This document shows positions 59,009-64,000 of a DNA stretch of 64,000 nucleotides, piece after piece. The stretch comes from an uncultured Ignavibacteriales bacterium (GTDB taxonomy: Bacteria > Zixibacteria > MSB-5A5 > GN15 > FEB-12): assembly GCA_964526835.1 (NCBI GenBank), contig CAZGMK010000002.1, positions 147,740 through 211,739 of the forward strand, in the 5' to 3' direction. Under the pieces are notes generated by a model, which searched no databases, had not been told where the DNA came from, and saw nothing but the letters and a program-made list of their open reading frames with translations. How positions within the stretch are numbered: the first letter of the stretch is position 1; each line of letters opens with the position of its first letter. The position numbers were made by a program, and so were the translations under genes.

Positions 59009-60682
59009 TCAACAGTTCTCGTAGTTGGGCCCCTCACCACCCTGCGGCGTAACCCACCGGATGATGCCGTAAGGATCGGCGATGTCACAGGTCTTGCAGT
59101 GAACACAATTTGACGGCGTCAATTCCAGCTTCTGCTTACCCGGACGATCCGGGTCGTCGACCATGTTGTAGACGCTGGCCGGGCAGAAATGCTGGCAGGG
59201 ATTGCCGTATTCCTCGGTGCAGCGATTGTTGCAGATATCCAGGTCCTCGATCTGCAGGTGTGAAGGTTGGTCTTCCTCATGCATCGTACCGGACTTGTAG
59301 ACATCGGTCAACTTGTCGAAGGTGTAACTGTTGTCCAGCTTGACCTTCTCCTTCTCGGCGGGTCGGCCGGCTTCGCGAGGATACTCATCGAGGGTCAGCA
59401 TATACTCGTGATCCTCTTTGTTCTTGCGCCGGTTAAACAACCCTCGTCCGCCAGTGTACATCTGCAGCGCACCGTGGAAGAGACCGGGAATCAGCCCACC
59501 CTTGAAGCCGGCGTGGAAATTGCGCGTAGCGTACATCTCGTCGTAGGCCCAGCTCGAACGATAACGCTGCTGGTAGCCTGCCAGAGCGGCAGCGGAAAAG
59601 TCATCCTTCTTAAGGCATTCGTGTATGGTCTCGGCGACCATGATGCCGGACTTGATAGCTAAGTGAATTCCCTTCAGTCGCATCGGATTCAGCAACCCGG
59701 CGGAGTCGCCGCATAGAAGAAGCCCGTCGTGGTGAAGCTTGGGGACTGAGTAAAACCCGTTATCGGGGATCGCTTTGGCCCCGTAATGCAGCATCTCCCC
59801 GCCCTCCAGCAGCTTCTTGATGAAGGGGTGAGTCTTCAGACGCTGGAACTTCATGTGCGGATCATTGGTCGGGTCAGGTGAATTCAAGCCCACCGCATAT
59901 CCGACGGACACCATGGTGTCGCTCATGCCGTAGATCCAGCCGCCGCCGTATTCTTTCCATCGTTGGGGCCAGCCTACCGTATGGATAACCTGACCGGCCC
60001 TGATACGACCCTGGGGCACTTGCCAGACCTCCTTGACACCTGTCAGGTAGGCCTGGGGCAGAGAATCGGCGCGCAATTCAGGGATTCGCTCGAAGGCCAT
60101 GCGGGTCAGACTGCCGCGCACGCCTTCACAAAGAACCGTAACCCTGGCTTCGACTATCGATCCGGGCTCATAGTTCGACCTGGGCTCCCCTTCCTTGCTG
60201 ACCCCGGCGTCGGATGTCTGCACGCCCTTGACTTTCCCGTCCTCGACCAGCAGTTCGTAGCCGGCCAGTCCCGGATAAACGTCGACCCCGAGGGCCTCGA
60301 CCTGCTCGGCCATCCAGGCCGTGAGCTTGTTCAGGGAAACGACGTAGAATCCATGATTGTCGATAGCCCGGGGCGTGAACGGAAATCGTGATTGATCCTG
60401 ATATCTCAGGAGGTACATGTCCTCACCGGATACCTCCGCCTCAAGCGGGGCGCCCTTGTCCTTGAAGTCGGGAACGAGTTCAGCCAGACCTCGTGGATCC
60501 ATGACTGCCCCCGACAGCGAGTGGGCGCCAGGATGGCCACCCTTCTCCATGATCAGGATTTCCGGCATCTCGCCGCCGTCCTGTTGGACCAGGGAGGCCA
60601 GCTTATGCGCGACCGCCAGGCCGGCCGGACCGGCTCCGACTATCAGGATGTCAGTTGGAAGGACTTCTCGCTCTACATTCAT
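59009..60682 (-). CDS. Electron-transfer flavoprotein:quinone oxidoreductase (ETF-QO/FixC-like)
   Basis: FAD fold DILIVGAGPAGLA. C-terminal ferredoxin-like Cys cluster (CQHFCPASVY ... NCVHCKTCDIADP). Confidence 0.85.
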   Translation of the reverse strand: MNVEREVLPTDILIVGAGPAGLAVAHKLASLVQQDGGEMPEILIMEKGGHPGAHSLSGAVMDPRGLAELVPDFKDKGAPLEAEVSGEDMYLLRYQDQSRFPFTPRAIDNHGFYVVSLNKLTAWMAEQVEALGVDVYPGLAGYELLVEDGKVKGVQTSDAGVSKEGEPRSNYEPGSIVEARVTVLCEGVRGSLTRMAFERIPELRADSLPQAYLTGVKEVWQVPQGRIRAGQVIHTVGWPQRWKEYGGGWIYGMSDTMVSVGYAVGLNSPDPTNDPHMKFQRLKTHPFIKKLLEGGEMLHYGAKAIPDNGFYSVPKLHHDGLLLCGDSAGLLNPMRLKGIHLAIKSGIMVAETIHECLKKDDFSAAALAGYQQRYRSSWAYDEMYATRNFHAGFKGGLIPGLFHGALQMYTGGRGLFNRRKNKEDHEYMLTLDEYPREAGRPAEKEKVKLDNSYTFDKLTDVYKSGTMHEEDQPSHLQIEDLDICNNRCTEEYGNPCQHFCPASVYNMVDDPDRPGKQKLELTPSNCVHCKTCDIADPYGIIRWVTPQGGEGPNYENC

Positions 60683-60748
60683 ACCTGCTCCTTGACAATG
60701 GTACAGAATATAGTCGGCGACAAGTCAGAAGAAAAGCATTAACAGCTC

Positions 60749-61201
60749 TTACTTGCGCTTCCCCTTACCGGAACCCTTACGTCCACCCTTGCCACCATTG
60801 GACTTGTTGCGAATCGGCTCCGGCGGTGCATCGCCGTTACCGCTGTACTGCAGCATCTCGGAAATGCGCTTCTTGTCGGAACCGATAGTGATAAGTCGAG
60901 TAGACCTGATGATAGGGCGACGAATCAACGTATAGTCCTCAGCCATCGCCCGAATGGCTTCCTCGCGATCGGGGGTAGCCGTGTCAAAACCCCGCTCGCC
61001 ATAAGACGGCGACAAGGGGTTCAGAAAGTGGCCCACCGAGAGGGTTCCGATGAGCCGGCGCAACTCCGTCTCGTCAAGCGGCTCGCGACCGATATCGCGC
61101 ACCGAGAGTATCACTCCGGAATCCTCGACGAACTTTCGGATGTCGCTGCAAGTGTCGTCGTCGCCGTAACACAAGAACTCTGCTCGTTTCAGGGGCATCA
61201 T
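60749..61201 (-). CDS. ArsC/Spx-family thioredoxin-fold protein with Gly/Lys-rich basic tail
   Basis: LIRRPIIRSTRLITIG core typical of the ArsC/Spx family. The N-terminal Cys pair is spaced CYGDDDTC instead of CxxC. Tail NGGKGGRKGSGKGKRK. GGAGG lies upstream of ATGATG. Confidence 0.6.
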   Translation of the reverse strand: MMPLKRAEFLCYGDDDTCSDIRKFVEDSGVILSVRDIGREPLDETELRRLIGTLSVGHFLNPLSPSYGERGFDTATPDREEAIRAMAEDYTLIRRPIIRSTRLITIGSDKKRISEMLQYSGNGDAPPEPIRNKSNGGKGGRKGSGKGKRK

Positions 61202-61789
61202 AACCTCCGTTAAAAGTAGCCCGAACCAGTCATTTCGAATTCATTTCCGCCTTCCGCCGCGGAAGCTCTTCGATCGCAACTGCTCGGTGTTCCCGGGGGG
61301 AACTCCCCTCGGGCAGTGGCGACGCTCTCTGCGGCATCAGGTCTTACGAACCCTGCTCAGGCCGATCACCATCCACGGTGACACGCGGTTACTTGTTAAG
61401 CGCTGAGGGCGAATTAACAAGGCTTTCTCAGGGTTCTAAGGCTGTCGTAATCGAGGTCTCTTCCGAAGCATCAACTCCGGGAGGTTGCCATAGTCAACCG
61501 GTCATATACAGCCGCCGTGCGACCGTGAAAGGAAAGTCAATCGACCGGGATTAGTGCGCCCCTCGAAAGGCATGGCCTTAATTGGAAGCATCCTCAAACA
61601 GTATATCGGAGGAAGCTCAGGGGGACTTTACTTGGCCCCGTACACCTACTATTACGCTTCAGCCGCTGCAATAGTTCACTATTTCTAGTGGCGTTGTCAA
61701 CGGAAATTTACCGATTTCAATCGTCGAGTAACGGCAGCCGGTCACAACCCTCTCCGCGCAAATACCGTGCCGCATGATAAATTGGGTTT
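61202..61789 (-). ncRNA. Unassigned ORF-free, hairpin-rich region (candidate structured RNA or long leader; strand uncertain)
   Basis: 588 bp with no ORF of 60 aa or more on either strand. Hairpins: cacta-tttc-tagtg (61677..61690); actatt/aatagt (61648..61653 with 61670..61675); cttccgccgcggaag (61251..61265); gttccc-ggg-gggaac (61289..61303). Confidence 0.25.
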
Positions 61790-62419
61790 TCATAGCCTCA
61801 TAGCGATTGAGATACCGTCCCGGAGAGGTACTATGGTGGTGAAGAACCTTTCGTCGGCATATAGTGAGTCATTGAACGTTTTCACGGCGGCCGTCGTCTT
61901 ATCCGGTTTGTCGTCAACCACCCTGCCCGACCAAATGACATTGTCGGTCATGAACAACCCTCCCGGGCGCAGCCTCTGCGCGACTAGGTCAATGGTCTTG
62001 GGGTATCCCTCCTTGTCGATATCATTGAAGACTATATCGAAATGACCTTCGGCCAATCGCAACGTCTCGAGGGCATCGCCCACAGAGAAGTCGAACCGGC
62101 TCTCAAGACCGCCCCGCTGAAAGAAGTCCCTCGCCTTAGCCATGTTCTCAGCCTCGCCGTCAGTAAGGAATATCTCGGCCCCTCCCTTACAAGCCATCGA
62201 GAACCAGTACGCCGAATAGCCGAACCCTGAACCCATCTCGAAGATTCGCCGTGCCTGGATGGCGCTCGCCATTTGATAGAGGAATCGTCCGACCAGGGGC
62301 CCCACAATCGGAAAGCCTTTCTCCTCGGCGTACCGTTCCATCTCGCGAAGGACAACGGGCCGTTCCGGAGTCAGCTGGTGCAAGTAGTCGTGAATTCTCT
62401 CGAACATAGTATCATCCAT
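61790..62419 (-). CDS. Class I SAM-dependent O-methyltransferase (caffeoyl-CoA OMT-like family)
   Basis: EMGSGFGYSAYW SAM motif, FNDIDKEGYP, GGLFMTDNVIWSG. Start placed at MDDTMFERI (62419), overlapping the ispH stop. The ORF-track start 62584 would lie inside ispH. Confidence 0.75.
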   Translation of the reverse strand: MDDTMFERIHDYLHQLTPERPVVLREMERYAEEKGFPIVGPLVGRFLYQMASAIQARRIFEMGSGFGYSAYWFSMACKGGAEIFLTDGEAENMAKARDFFQRGGLESRFDFSVGDALETLRLAEGHFDIVFNDIDKEGYPKTIDLVAQRLRPGGLFMTDNVIWSGRVVDDKPDKTTAAVKTFNDSLYADERFFTTIVPLRDGISIAMRL

Positions 62420-63323
62420 CCTTATCGTCTGCGGGTCCTTCGGGATGCTCGACAACAGCCCGCCCTCCGGACAGCTCGACCAGCCGCTGAATGACCTCGT
62501 CGACCAGGAACTGCGGCGTGGAGGCTCCGGCGGAAACGCCGACCGCCTGCACTCCATTATCGAACCATCGCGGATCAATCTCATCCTTGTTTTGAATCAG
62601 GCGACCGTCGCCGCACGTGTCCTGTGAGAGCTTCACCAGCCGGTTGGTGTTGGCCGAGGAAAGTGAACCGACGATCAAGATAACATCGACCTGAGAAGCC
62701 ATTTCGGTGATTGCCTGCTGTCGCTGAGTTGTGGCGTTGCAGATCGTGTTGAACATCTGTATGCCCGGCCACTTTTCTTGCGCCGCTCTGGCAACATCCT
62801 CATACAGCGACGTATGCGCAGTGGTCTGCACGGTCATTCCGAGCTTGCGTCCCGGCCAGTCGGGCAACGCTCTCAGGTCGTCAATAGTGGCGGCGACAGT
62901 TATTCGATCCGGGGCATGGCCGACGATCCCGGCCGTCTCGTCGTGGTCCGGATCGCCGAAGTGAATTATGTAAAAGCCCTTGTCGATAGCATCGGTGATA
63001 GTCCGGTAGATGCGACTGACCAGCGGACAGGTAGCATCGATAATGGTCAGGCCTCTGGCTCGGGCGGTCCTGACCACATCCGGGGAGACGCCGTGGGCGG
63101 AGATTATCAGGGCGCCGCTCTCGACGTCTTTGACATGATACTGCTGGCCGACACCCATGCAACGAAAATGCTCGACCACCGCCTCGTTGTGCACGATCTC
63201 CTTCAGGATAGTGACAGGCTGCCGGCCCAGGTGCTTCTCGGCGGTCTCCTCGGCTATCCGGATCGCCCGCTTTACGCCCATACAGAACCCCTGGTGCCGC
63301 GCAATGACGATCTTCTTAAGCAC
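62412..63323 (-). CDS. ispH: 4-hydroxy-3-methylbut-2-enyl diphosphate reductase
   Basis: GFCMGVKRAI, HNEAVV, ATCPLV and SANTNRL motifs. Confidence 0.9.
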   Translation of the reverse strand: MLKKIVIARHQGFCMGVKRAIRIAEETAEKHLGRQPVTILKEIVHNEAVVEHFRCMGVGQQYHVKDVESGALIISAHGVSPDVVRTARARGLTIIDATCPLVSRIYRTITDAIDKGFYIIHFGDPDHDETAGIVGHAPDRITVAATIDDLRALPDWPGRKLGMTVQTTAHTSLYEDVARAAQEKWPGIQMFNTICNATTQRQQAITEMASQVDVILIVGSLSSANTNRLVKLSQDTCGDGRLIQNKDEIDPRWFDNGVQAVGVSAGASTPQFLVDEVIQRLVELSGGRAVVEHPEGPADDKDG

Positions 63324-63936
63324 CGGTCGCTCCTTCCTTGTGAGGAGTCCCGGTCAACGACAGGAAGTGCCTCAACAGTCGAGTGTCGTCATCTAATTCG
63401 GTATGGAAGGAACAGGCGAGGATATGACCTTGCTGAACCAGTACAGGATCGTTCCGGTACTCGGCGAGGACTCTCACGTCCTCGCCCACGCTGACGATTC
63501 GCGGTGCGCGTATGAAGGTCGCCGTTAAGTCGACCTGATCCCCATTGAGAGGGGCCGGTAGCGAGTCCTCGAACGAGCAGATCTGCCGTCCGTAGTCGTT
63601 ACGCACAACTTCGATGTCCAGGAGCTGTAGCGGGGATATACCGGCCTGGTTGTCTCTGATGGTAGTCGACAGCAGAATCATTCCGGCGCAGGTGCCGAAG
63701 ACCGGGCGCATGGCGGCGAAGCCGAGCAGTGGTTGCCGCAGTCCGAATCTCTCCACCAAATAATGAATCGTGGTTGATTCGCCGCCGGGAATGATCAGGG
63801 CATCGGCCATGTCGAGGTCGCTGGCGCTGCGAACTTCTGTCGGCGTCGCACCGACAAGGCGCACCTGATGGGCATGGCGCTCGAAGTCGCCCTGAAGGGC
63901 CAGCAGGCCCACGTGCATGTCAGCGTAGCTTGTCAT
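63316..63936 (-). CDS. pdxT: Pyridoxal 5'-phosphate synthase glutaminase subunit
   Basis: VGLLALQGDF, IIPGGESTT, FGTCAGMILL, RNDYGRQ and SFHTELDDD motifs. Confidence 0.9.
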   Translation of the reverse strand: MTSYADMHVGLLALQGDFERHAHQVRLVGATPTEVRSASDLDMADALIIPGGESTTIHYLVERFGLRQPLLGFAAMRPVFGTCAGMILLSTTIRDNQAGISPLQLLDIEVVRNDYGRQICSFEDSLPAPLNGDQVDLTATFIRAPRIVSVGEDVRVLAEYRNDPVLVQQGHILACSFHTELDDDTRLLRHFLSLTGTPHKEGATGA

Positions 63937-64000
63937 CAGACATTATAACGTCGTTCGCCGTCGAAGGGATCAATAAATGCTCGACGCCGGACGAGGTCAA
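63936..64000 (-). CDS. 3' end of an upstream minus-strand CDS (partial, product unknown, frame uncertain)
   Basis: One frame ends ...DPFDGERRYNV-TGA with the TGA overlapping the pdxT ATG by 1 nt. Too short to identify, and it does not look like a PdxS C-terminus. Confidence 0.3.
   Translation of the reverse strand, partial: DLVRRRAFIDPFDGERRYNV

Noticed and set aside
61202-61789. tmRNA (ssrA) on the minus strand. Cues were a 5' string GGGUUGUGACCGG..GUUACUCGACG like a tmRNA 5' end, and a frame ending GCA GCG GCU GAA GCG UAA UAG UAG with tandem stops.
   Set aside because: No tRNA-like 3' end is present (no GGUUCGAxUCC T-arm, no acceptor complement plus CCA). The third acceptor position would not give the G3-U pair. 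The possible tag would be only 5-7 codons and ends in E-A rather than the usual A-A.
61202-61789. RNase P RNA, SRP RNA or a cobalamin riboswitch. Cues were GGAAAGUC on the plus strand, GGAGGAAGC, and a GCCACUG box on the minus strand.
   Set aside because: The diagnostic motifs are absent. For RNase P these are GAGGAAAGUCCGGGC with its ACAGAACCCGGCUUA partner. For SRP it is GUCCGGAAGGAAGCAGC. For cobalamin it is GGGAA...GGUG.AA.UCC upstream of the B12 box. The short matches are likely chance.

Overview
GC-rich chromosomal segment of a diderm bacterium. It carries a bamA-skp-lpxD cluster, lgt and dsbD, and several proteins end in type IX secretion (T9SS) C-terminal sorting domains. That combination suggests an FCB-superphylum-like lineage, which is inference only. 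I support about 48 protein-coding genes, densely packed and often overlapping by 4-20 nt. Most are housekeeping: smc, ftsY, uvrB, ssb, rnr, mreB, rplU, nadE, ispH, pdxT, trxA, dtd, maf, rlmH, rsmI. I found no rRNA, tRNA, CRISPR array, transposase, integrase or recognisable defence system. Non-core content worth a second look: (1) An 8.5-kb gene encodes a roughly 2850-aa T9SS cargo built from about 24 Cys-rich modules, followed by a cohesin-like domain, a dockerin and a type A sorting domain. (2) Divergently next to it is a second T9SS cargo gene carrying both a frameshift and an in-frame TAG that replaces a conserved Gln codon. (3) A translationally coupled three-gene module sits just downstream of a sigma-54 activator with a degenerate receiver domain. 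It encodes a predicted outer-membrane protein, an LTD-CARDB-LTD protein with a type-B-like sorting domain, and a small PorP/SprF-like candidate. (4) A small membrane ORF between trxA and a rhomboid gene has an in-frame UGA followed by a hairpin, making it a speculative selenoprotein candidate. (5) A 590-bp ORF-free, hairpin-rich intergenic region could not be assigned to tmRNA, RNase P or SRP RNA. All product calls rest on motifs I read in the translations. No database search was run.
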